Below, in pieces: positions 56,601 to 63,614 of a DNA stretch of 64,000 nt. This DNA comes from a virus. Location: the IMG/VR virus record IMGVR_UViG_3300013296_000001, positions 4,211-68,210 of that record; one strand, 5' to 3'. The first letter of the stretch is position 1. Each line of letters begins with the position of its first letter. A program made the position numbers and the translations under genes. Below the pieces are notes generated by a model. It had not been told where the DNA came from, searched no databases, and was given only the letters and a program-made list of their open reading frames with translations.

Positions 56601-57828
56601 AACCCCCCTCTCCAATACCGCAGTTCTGACCCGTTGTCTTGTCGGTGTTACCTACCAAGTTAGGTGGCGTTGGGTTCTCCGATAGCACTCTCGTTGCCAG
56701 GACGATGGCACTAGCGCCGTCTTGTGTCTGCTGAAGTGCCGCAGCAAATACGGCACAACGCCAGTCCAGTACGTCGTTAGGCAATGGGGCAGTGCGTGGT
56801 GTCTTGCTGTTAGAATTTTGATCAAAAATCAGGTTAGCGATTAACCCCGCATTATCCTTGTCACTGTTGCCCACCGGCACCGTTGCCACCGGCACGTTCG
56901 TTCGTAGCTTCCCCTTTGTGTAGTACGTGCCTTTCTTCTGACCGACGCCGACGACGGAACTCCACCAACTTGCGACACGACTACCGAACCCCGTCTTGAC
57001 GGACTTCGCCGACTGGATGGCGTGCGATGTGGCGTCCTTCACTAACCCTTTAGCGGCTCGATACGTGGCGCGAGGGTCTTTCGCCGTCGAGTACAGTAGA
57101 TAACCAGCGGTTGCGGGTGGCACCATTGATGCGATACCGAGTCCTCCGGCACCCAGACCAGTTGTGTGCAGTCCGAGTTGAACCGGCTTAAGCAACGCCA
57201 CGTCAAGAGACGATAAGACTCCCCGTAATCGTCTCGACTCTTCATCACTCGCGCCCCTCTCTTTTGACACACGTTCGGCTAACTTCTGCCCGACTGTCCA
57301 ACTGACGAACGCGGCCTGAGTGCCGGCGCGTGTGACGTAGTACGTCGCCGTGGCCGCCTTCTGCATCGGACCGGGCAGCTTCGATACAGCGTGTACGATG
57401 CCGTCTCTCACCCACTCTTTCGCCGCATGTTCGATGTGTCCAACTTTCGCCCCGGCCTTGATGATCGCGGGGACGACACCACTGACAACAGCGTGTCCGG
57501 CTGTTGCTGCGAACCGTCCTATCCGATCCCGTGTGTACGTGCGGTTGCCGATGACGGCATAGAGAGACTTATCATCGTCGTTGCCGTTATTGCCATCGCC
57601 ATTGAGTGCCGCAAATGTCCAACTGTTCTCCAGTATGTTCAGTGCTAAGTCATACGTGATTTGCTCGTGTTGCTGTGACTGAGCATTCTCGACAGCAGAC
57701 GGCAACAACGTCAGTACGTCGTTTGCTACCTTATCGAATCGTCGTGTCAACTCGGCTTGCATCTGACGGCGTAGTGTGGCCGTCCGTGTGGGGTCAATGC
57801 GTAGGGGATTACGTCGGTGGATTGGCAT
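53620..57828 (-). CDS. MuF (Mu gpF/SPP1 gp7) minor head protein fused to ART-like and ATP-grasp-like domains
   Basis: RIDPTRT N-terminus; ALAIARTE...CKKC...IPRHTHCRC; VFWS...KLKNPL...GHDGVIF...YVAF; WIVKAY...YMVQP...EGRVH...PDI...VVETN. Confidence 0.8.
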   Translation of the reverse strand: MPIHRRNPLRIDPTRTATLRRQMQAELTRRFDKVANDVLTLLPSAVENAQSQQHEQITYDLALNILENSWTFAALNGDGNNGNDDDKSLYAVIGNRTYTRDRIGRFAATAGHAVVSGVVPAIIKAGAKVGHIEHAAKEWVRDGIVHAVSKLPGPMQKAATATYYVTRAGTQAAFVSWTVGQKLAERVSKERGASDEESRRLRGVLSSLDVALLKPVQLGLHTTGLGAGGLGIASMVPPATAGYLLYSTAKDPRATYRAAKGLVKDATSHAIQSAKSVKTGFGSRVASWWSSVVGVGQKKGTYYTKGKLRTNVPVATVPVGNSDKDNAGLIANLIFDQNSNSKTPRTAPLPNDVLDWRCAVFAAALQQTQDGASAIVLATRVLSENPTPPNLVGNTDKTTGQNCGIGEGGFQKGNTCAKDGGTGHADYGSHVKIGELTGKPIAEDAHRFNRTGLKAAGDVFWSREKDYAEAFGETVGGSGSIIAGKVKLKNPLHVEATQRQFSDPSFENPIIKKAKEHGHDGVIFDQKENGDRFYVAFGGSVTGNSNFDQNLVANVADTVRDWLRYTLSSREGPCGESLWRKYTRQGYMKGVHNAYQRSAPQKVGESVDHYNGRREQFIANIESNSLTTNSAVALDQIQGITGEMGAILIKIVERGVKNGTKPETVANQLRKQLEISKQKALAIARTEMVRVHAEGQLDTMESLGVEQIMANVEYHTTGQPCKKCAPLAGKVFTVNSARGLIPRHTHCRCEWAPAPGQRATGRSWYAGKRDVSRSQIDNQNFDQNFVVANDKSGGQGKFSHLTGGRWITTDSGHHVYIKGGRVVAGNPHVMKAINTHMEKRDAKVQSQQSVNPVTPQQKKSSAVSALHRHILTTRFHTKQHTIENPKKKEQSHGGRSDSGRGKPTQERPTSTSGQVAGHPTRSGDTPADRSGGSDGGPTGKTSPQGFPTKVVAKAVERQPAHVDEVRKKIDRFESFFRSKGEHQVADWLGHLRNHVEGNGVEATLAAVGGVGTGKHTKKSVEYEGGWDKDAFDHGDHGRHLAQFCESYLNRHGITMSHQTDRIDPSSPQPLVSSASPKYGGTEAKDVHPRRKGSFTVSDPTLRDKLEESKRLPGLETSEDVSKVAGKKVTHLTPDVTAKFDSIYGKDKWIVKAYGDDAAAGYGIYFPQRARQMQGEAQNNIWNAGAGVAKYGFSLHRDESNNVVGLKHTSGDTYLFGTDKYNKTIDGEVRHWGDKAHEAAQHEHGAALAGGGKDYMVQPAFNVVGISEADRAAGVTIKYGQEGRVHVVTRNGKAEVVPYSTWLKGDHLPVVFDNADTRAMAEAARQAVDRLPHSEKHGQIYAPDIVKTTEGYKVVETNPANHTGSSGYLGNNPLIIDSYVSHLTGRTPAHVEFIRKLLTKSSK

Positions 57829-57889
57829 GAATACCCCTAGAGGAGTGCAGTACGTGTTGTATGTATGGAAATTTTGATCAAAATTTCTG

Positions 57890-60001
57890 CTACTTCTTAC
57901 CGCTCCAGAACCAGTTAGCGAGCTTCCGTGAGAAGTTGCCTAGCGTCGTGTTAGTGACTAGTGGCACGTCTTCAGTCTCAACCTCTAATACTGGTGTTGC
58001 CACTACAACCGGCTTGACCTTCCGTTCCTTGTTCCGCACAGGCTTAGCTGGTTTCGGCATCGGTGGACCTTGTGCGATCGTCTTGCCCGTCTGTGGGTGT
58101 ACTAGACTTGTGCCGGGCTTCATCTGGACTGGTGGCGGTTCCGGCGGTGGTGCCTGGGGGTCGGGTGCCAACCCCTCGTCAATCATCGTCTGCTGTTTCT
58201 CCATGTCCTTCTCTTGCATACCCTGTGCGTGCTCCTCACCAGCCGCTAGAATCGCCTCTGCCTCATCGTCGTCGTACCCTAGCTCTCGTGTGAGGAATTC
58301 GTGCGGCGGGAACCACGACTGAATATCTGCTTGCGTGTACTGTGCCATTGCCGCCGTGCGAGTCTGCGCGAGTGTGCCTTGCTGAGCGCGTGTCATGCTG
58401 TCCATGTCCGGCCACTTGATACGCAGTCCCGTCGGTCGTGGTAGCACTCCCAGCATGACAAGCCGAGTGATAAACGGAATAATGATGCCCGGTGTGATGT
58501 ACACGTTCTGCCTGTTGCGCAGTTCGTCGTTCCACTGGCTATCGTCTTGAGATGATGCTAGTTCGCCCCGTTCACTCCCCTTGAATATGCGAATCGGGAT
58601 GCCGAGCTTGATACAGATGGCCTCTACCAGAATGTTGATGAACGGTGTGGGGTCTGTTACCGTCGGAGCAATCGACTTGAGCGAGCCGTTCTCTAACCAC
58701 CCTGTCCGCTGTAGCGAATTCTGGATACGCCAGAAGAAATCCTTCATTCCCTGTGCGTTGACGGGTGGCTTGGTGCCGTCTGGCGTCGTGAACTCCCCGA
58801 TCAGTATCGTCATGCACGTCTTCCAGTACCCCTCCGCACTGGCGTACAGTGGCTTGCGTGCCGACAGAATCTCCCTCAGTACGGGTTCACACCGCGGCTT
58901 GGCGAGGATTTCACTGGCGTCGGCCGTGTGATACCAGTCCGCAACGTGTTGCACTCGTGTCCAGTGGACGTTATACGTACCTGTCGGCCCACTAGTAACA
59001 CTGCCACTACGACCGTACTCATTGAATGTGACACGGTATGATGTGGGTTGTCCGTACCGCGGTGACGTAATGTTCGTTTCGTATGACACCACTTCGGCCA
59101 TCGACTCGGGCAGGACACGGAGGTACATCAAGCGACGATTTTTGATCAAATTTGCGTTGGTGCTGAACGTGTACCGAGGGTACAACCCCCGATCATCATA
59201 TTTACCCGTGTACTGCGCGTCGGTGCCGTCTCGTGACCCACCGTCCTTCGGACGTGTTTTATCTCGCCCTTCTTTGATAGTCGCCTTGTCACCCGGCATA
59301 CTGTTCAGTTCTTCCACCCCTTCGGCCGGATCACTAAACGGCAGTCCGTCGTCAATGCCGAAGAATATGACGCCGTACTGACCGATGCCGCTGAGAATGT
59401 CCGCTCTCAGTAGGTACGACCAGATGGGACTACCTTGCTCCTGATCGAACATTGAATCAGAGTCACTGACATCGTTGGGCTTACCGTTCTGACCTTTGCC
59501 GCTCTTCTTAGCCGTACCATTCGTCCCGTTGATGAATCCACTATTCGGCAGTAGCGACCGGCCGAGTGTTGACCATGCCTTCTCAAACTCCGTCTGCTCC
59601 TCACCGTCCTCGTTCTCTGTTACTTCCGGCGTCACCTGGAAGCACTGTTTCGGCAGCACTTCTACGACTCTGGCGGCGATTGATGAACCGTCGTACAATT
59701 CCTTGTAATACGATGAGTCTTGAAACCCCTTCGGAAAATGACACTCGCCGTCGAGATCGCGCTTCTCGTCGTTGAGTGCGGAGAACAGTTCTCGACGTGA
59801 CAGATTGATGTTTGCTGTAATCTCTCTCAGTGCAAACAGCTTCTCCAGTTCGATCTCTCTCAGTTCACCGAGTCCGTTCAGTGAGAGTGGCATCTCAACG
59901 GCGCCACTCGTTGATACACTGCCGTTATTGACGTGTACAGTAGTTGGTGTTAGATCGCCGAGTCCGGCGTATACACTCCCGTCGGTTACTTCGTGCGGCA
60001 T
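57890..60001 (-). CDS. Portal protein (DUF1073-like)
   Basis: YKELYDGSSIAARVVE...YGQPTSY...VHWTRVQH...IPIRIFKGSERGELASSQD. Confidence 0.85.
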   Translation of the reverse strand: MPHEVTDGSVYAGLGDLTPTTVHVNNGSVSTSGAVEMPLSLNGLGELREIELEKLFALREITANINLSRRELFSALNDEKRDLDGECHFPKGFQDSSYYKELYDGSSIAARVVEVLPKQCFQVTPEVTENEDGEEQTEFEKAWSTLGRSLLPNSGFINGTNGTAKKSGKGQNGKPNDVSDSDSMFDQEQGSPIWSYLLRADILSGIGQYGVIFFGIDDGLPFSDPAEGVEELNSMPGDKATIKEGRDKTRPKDGGSRDGTDAQYTGKYDDRGLYPRYTFSTNANLIKNRRLMYLRVLPESMAEVVSYETNITSPRYGQPTSYRVTFNEYGRSGSVTSGPTGTYNVHWTRVQHVADWYHTADASEILAKPRCEPVLREILSARKPLYASAEGYWKTCMTILIGEFTTPDGTKPPVNAQGMKDFFWRIQNSLQRTGWLENGSLKSIAPTVTDPTPFINILVEAICIKLGIPIRIFKGSERGELASSQDDSQWNDELRNRQNVYITPGIIIPFITRLVMLGVLPRPTGLRIKWPDMDSMTRAQQGTLAQTRTAAMAQYTQADIQSWFPPHEFLTRELGYDDDEAEAILAAGEEHAQGMQEKDMEKQQTMIDEGLAPDPQAPPPEPPPVQMKPGTSLVHPQTGKTIAQGPPMPKPAKPVRNKERKVKPVVVATPVLEVETEDVPLVTNTTLGNFSRKLANWFWSGKK

Positions 60002-60095
60002 AATATATTCTCTGGAAGAAAGAGATAATGACAGTAACCGCATCTTAGGCGGGTACAGTTGGACTGGTTATGCAACATGCCGCACAGAATTTTGA

Positions 60096-60320
60096 TCAAA
60101 GTTTCTCTACGTTGTGGTTTACTACTACTGTGCCGCAGATGTCATCTTTCGATACTTCAACAGTGGCGCCATTGGCATACGTGGCTTTGACTCTTGAATA
60201 TCCAGTCGTTAAGAGTAGATTGATTAGTGATTCTTTGCTGCTTAGGAATCCTCGTCCCGATAGACAGTTCTTTAAGTTTGTTTCGTTGATGAACTCGATT
60301 GTCACATTGTCACTGTCCAT
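60096..60320 (-). CDS. Hypothetical protein
   Basis: AGGAG RBS; bracketed by palindromes. Confidence 0.55.
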   Translation of the reverse strand: MDSDNVTIEFINETNLKNCLSGRGFLSSKESLINLLLTTGYSRVKATYANGATVEVSKDDICGTVVVNHNVEKL

Positions 60321-60347
60321 GAGCCTACTCCTATTGCGAAATTTTGA

Positions 60348-60596
60348 TCAAAATCGGCTTATTACTCGAATGCCATTACGACTAGTGGAGGATTTTACCA
60401 CCTTCTTTACGTTTATGATTTTCTTTAGTCGTTCTCTCAGTGTGATAGGATGTCCGTCCTCCGTCTTACAATACTCTGTGTCTATTTGAGCGGAGATGTC
60501 CGGCCCGAACTCTACAATATACGGACCAAACTTACCTTTTGAGATGTAGTCCTCTATTTGGTTGAATGTGATATCTCTAACTTCTCTATTAGTCAT
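60348..60596 (-). CDS. Hypothetical protein
   Basis: Bracketed by palindromes; stop TGA lies inside the palindrome. Confidence 0.55.
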   Translation of the reverse strand: MTNREVRDITFNQIEDYISKGKFGPYIVEFGPDISAQIDTEYCKTEDGHPITLRERLKKIINVKKVVKSSTSRNGIRVISRF

Positions 60597-60652
60597 GTAC
60601 GCACCTACTTGTTGCGAAATTTTGATCAAAATTCTCTGTAGTATACCACATG

Positions 60653-61231
60653 CTAATAGCCGTATCGAACTTCCCATATGACAGCGTTTCGGCCCTTCAT
60701 TGTGCCGAAACACTTGCTGTACGCACTGAACTCGATTTGGTGATCGGGGTAGCGGTCGAGTAACTCCGTCAGGTCGTCATACGAGTTGTCATTCAGGTAG
60801 TGCCGCAGTGTCAGTAACGCTGTTGTGCCTCCAACTCCCTTGCCACCGGCAGCAAGTGATTCTCTCATGTATCCTGGTGCGGTGGAGTAGTACAGGTATA
60901 ATCCGTCAGTTTCGTTGCGGTAGCACTCGGCGTTAACCGTGCGGTATGCTTCGATGCCTTTGATCGTGGGAGTCAGCATGTATCCCTTCGGCCACAAACC
61001 TGCAAGGATGCCCGATACGACTTCCGTCCATTGTCGGTCACGCCAGAACGTACCCATCGGTTGCAGGTCACGCACGTTCCACACCCATTCCGACGGGTGT
61101 TTGTCTCCACAGGCTCGAACAGCGTCTGGTATACTGGCGTAGTGCGGGTAGATGTTACCGAAGTCTCCAACGAGGAAACGTCGGTACATCTCGGACTTGG
61201 TGGTGATTCTGTCGTCAAGTACGGTGGACAA
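60653..61231 (-). CDS. Hypothetical protein
   Basis: GGAGG RBS at the terminase end; 192 aa. Confidence 0.65.
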   Translation of the reverse strand: MSTVLDDRITTKSEMYRRFLVGDFGNIYPHYASIPDAVRACGDKHPSEWVWNVRDLQPMGTFWRDRQWTEVVSGILAGLWPKGYMLTPTIKGIEAYRTVNAECYRNETDGLYLYYSTAPGYMRESLAAGGKGVGGTTALLTLRHYLNDNSYDDLTELLDRYPDHQIEFSAYSKCFGTMKGRNAVIWEVRYGY

Positions 61232-61232
61232 T

Positions 61233-63086
61233 TTATCCTCCCACTCCGATGTACGCTGGTTGATGTTTGCCGATCATGCCGTGAATCGCTAGCACGAGTG
61301 CGTCGGCGTCGTCTGGGCTACGTCCTATAATCTCTTCTAGTGACTTCTGGTATACTGACTTACTCTTCGTCCGGTCCATGCTCTTCTTCCGCTTCGGGGG
61401 GAGCCACACTTGCCCTTCTTCGTTGTACAATATGGGGATCGGTGCGAGTTGACGGCGTAGCTCGGGGTCAGGGGGGAGTGCGAATCCGTAATAGGGTTCA
61501 CTACTACCTGCTACAGAATTTTGATCAAATTTTCCAACACTCTTATCCGGCCCTAATCCATACTGTCTTGAGGGGTCTAGTAGTTCGCGCAAGTCGTAAT
61601 ACATCTCCACACGCTTGCTACTGAATGTGTACCGTGTCTCTCGGTCGTCCTCGCTCTCCGTCCGGTTGAGCCTACCACCGGCCTTCGGCAACTGTGATGC
61701 GGCACCACCGAATCCGATCGTCTGAACGTCGTATCCTTTCGCACGGAGCCGGTCCGCCGCTTGCTTGCCGCCACCGCCCCGGTCGAAGAACACCATTTCG
61801 GGTGGCACTCGCAATCGCTCCATGAATGCAATGGCTTCTCTCGGAATGCACTCCGTATCCGGTGTCTTCTTGCTCGTCTTTTCGATCACTCCCCACTCAT
61901 CGACTGCTACCATTGACGTACTGTCGCCACCTTCTGCGGGGTCAATGCCGATTGCCTTCGCACGTCGCCGTAGTCCTCGCAACATCGAATAGCGACGTTC
62001 GGCACGGTTGAGCCAGTCGGGCGGGAAGAGAAGTGTCTCGGCACCTTCCCAAAATTCGGCGTCTAAGCTAACACACTGACGTATCTTGTCCCACATCGCA
62101 CGACGCTTCTCATAGTCGTTGTATGGTAGGACACCGGGGATCAGTACCTCACCTGTTGGTATCTTCCCCGCCTTGATCTGTGCTAGACCTAGCTGTACGT
62201 TCGGACTGTCCTCTGCTGTGATCTTGATTACCTTGCGGTAGTACCCCAACGCAATCGAATGAGAGGATTCGGTAGAGTGTCGTAAGTTGGTAGCATTTTG
62301 GGCATTGTGCGATTGATCCTGTACTGATCCATGTGAACTCATGCCCACATTTGGTACACTCTGCGACCATACATCACCGTTGGTAGAATTTTGATCAAAA
62401 TTTCCGTTACCATTCAGACCACTACTACCCCGTACCTTCCGTGGGATGTCACCCCCCTTGTCCTTGTCACCGTCACCCTTCACCGAGCGATAGAAGAAAT
62501 TTGTTGTCGGGTAGGCGTTCCCAATTGCTAGAATGCGACGTGCCCATGTCGTGCCGACTGTATATGTATGGTCATCAATGCCTGATGCCTCATCACACAC
62601 CATCATTGTTTTTGGTATGCCATCTCCCGTCTCTGCTACGTGGTGCCCTAGCATCCCTTCGCCACGGGCCGCAACCCTGGCGATCACATACGATGTGGGA
62701 CACACTTGCTTGGTATCGAAGTCAACAATTTTGCGTAAATGCAGATGGTTACAAACGAGTGGACCCCCTCGTGTCGATTCGAGAGGGTATTTGCACGTCT
62801 GGATAAACCGTCGTATTTCGCCCCATAAAACACTCTCTAGTTGCTCGTGATCGACGGACGTGGTGACAATACGACATGGTGTACGGGTGAGGAAGAACCA
62901 TATAACGGCATACCCTGCAACAAAGTCTTTCCCGACCATGTTCGCAGCAGGTACGATAGTCTCATCGTTTAAGTGTATAGAGTAGAGGATATCTCTTTGC
63001 TTCCTATAGAAAACTATCGAGGGCCATAGAAATCTGGCAAATTGAATAGGGTCTCTTACCTCTGCAATTAAGTTTTTGACCGACAT
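61233..63086 (-). CDS. terL: Terminase large subunit
   Basis: AANMVGKD Walker A, VCDEASGI Walker B, AIGNA, IGIDPAEGGD, SPDDADALVLA. Confidence 0.92.
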   Translation of the reverse strand: MSVKNLIAEVRDPIQFARFLWPSIVFYRKQRDILYSIHLNDETIVPAANMVGKDFVAGYAVIWFFLTRTPCRIVTTSVDHEQLESVLWGEIRRFIQTCKYPLESTRGGPLVCNHLHLRKIVDFDTKQVCPTSYVIARVAARGEGMLGHHVAETGDGIPKTMMVCDEASGIDDHTYTVGTTWARRILAIGNAYPTTNFFYRSVKGDGDKDKGGDIPRKVRGSSGLNGNGNFDQNSTNGDVWSQSVPNVGMSSHGSVQDQSHNAQNATNLRHSTESSHSIALGYYRKVIKITAEDSPNVQLGLAQIKAGKIPTGEVLIPGVLPYNDYEKRRAMWDKIRQCVSLDAEFWEGAETLLFPPDWLNRAERRYSMLRGLRRRAKAIGIDPAEGGDSTSMVAVDEWGVIEKTSKKTPDTECIPREAIAFMERLRVPPEMVFFDRGGGGKQAADRLRAKGYDVQTIGFGGAASQLPKAGGRLNRTESEDDRETRYTFSSKRVEMYYDLRELLDPSRQYGLGPDKSVGKFDQNSVAGSSEPYYGFALPPDPELRRQLAPIPILYNEEGQVWLPPKRKKSMDRTKSKSVYQKSLEEIIGRSPDDADALVLAIHGMIGKHQPAYIGVGG

Positions 63087-63104
63087 ACCTTCTACTACCC
63101 CATA

Positions 63105-63578
63105 CTATATATGTTTCCACGATTTCCTTTTTACAATATCTCTGATATTGGTGCCACTGGTGTTAAATAGTCTAGCAAGCACACCAGCGCCATTAGTTCT
63201 ACTATATCTCCTATACCTGCGCCGAATCTCTTTAACTTGTGCTTCGGTTAGTTTAGAGTTTCCTTGATCCTCCCCTTTTGCTTGTCTACCTTTCTTATCT
63301 CTATCGGCCATATTCGCTTGGTGAGTTCCTAAGAACAAATGGTCAGGATTCACACAAGCTCGGTTGTCGCACTGATGAAGTACATGCAGACCAAATGCTA
63401 TACCTCCGTGGGTTAAAACCCAACTCAGCCTATGTGTTAGCCACTTTGTACCAAACCTACCATAACCGTTTTCGAGTATAAGGCCAGTCCACACCCAACA
63501 CCTTGTTCCTAAGACTGGATGTGTAGGACCGAACTTATTCACTTTCAACCAGAACCGCTGTGTAAGGGTTAAATGCAT
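63105..63578 (-). CDS. HNH endonuclease (HNH_3 type)
   Basis: RFWLKV...CWVWTG...GYG...HRLSW...VLHQCDNRACVNPDHLFLGT...N..D. Confidence 0.92.
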   Translation of the reverse strand: MHLTLTQRFWLKVNKFGPTHPVLGTRCWVWTGLILENGYGRFGTKWLTHRLSWVLTHGGIAFGLHVLHQCDNRACVNPDHLFLGTHQANMADRDKKGRQAKGEDQGNSKLTEAQVKEIRRRYRRYSRTNGAGVLARLFNTSGTNIRDIVKRKSWKHI

Positions 63579-63614
63579 ACTACACCTACTGCATGAAAAT
63601 TTTGATCAAAATTT

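Larger units (their letters stand above)
384..60021. repeat. Second dispersed motif TTCTCTGGA(A)GAAA, about 16 copies
   Basis: Plus-strand copies at 384,7295,13182,26232,27456,28719,33752 (1 mismatch),37598,43082,47016,51717,56116,60008. Reverse copies at 29551,45218,56086. Confidence 0.85.
118..63611. repeat. Dispersed palindrome TTTTGATCAAAA (invariant core TTTGATCAAA), 66 copies found by eye
   Basis: 12-mer starts: 118,1181,1998,3077,3962,5410,6744,7467,8427,9295,9889,10603,11454,11593,13237,13456,14825,16970,17549,17981,19225,21195,21966,23578,24141,25221,25658,26614,26915,27811,28173,29145,29704,32314,33840,36586,37586,38267,39077,40210,42550,43418,44196,45237,46024,46988,47614,48901,50252,50828,51771,52357,52783,53580,55478,55878,56180,56816,57872,59140,60090,60342,60620,61519,62389,63600. 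46 are exact 12-mers and 20 have one terminal mismatch. Confidence 0.97.

Noticed and set aside
384-60021. Motif 2 as CsrA-binding GGA hairpins
   Set aside because: Most copies are antisense to the transcribed strand, so the mRNA lacks the GGA, and the loop is CUGGA rather than ANGGA.
62250-62440. Intein in the terminase (and PolA inserts)
   Set aside because: Inserts are short and lack the N-terminal Cys/Ser block and the C-terminal His-Asn followed by Cys/Ser/Thr.
118-63611. Palindrome as a CRISPR array or integron attC array
   Set aside because: Repeats are 10-20 bp, hundreds to thousands of bp apart, often inside genes; no 30-40 bp spacers, cas operon or integron integrase seen.
118-63611. 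Palindrome as a cloning, linker or BclI (TGATCA) artefact
   Set aside because: Intragenic copies keep reading frames, supply real stop codons, use a conserved residue pair in the C1 peptidase, and have variable flanks. Raw reads would settle it.
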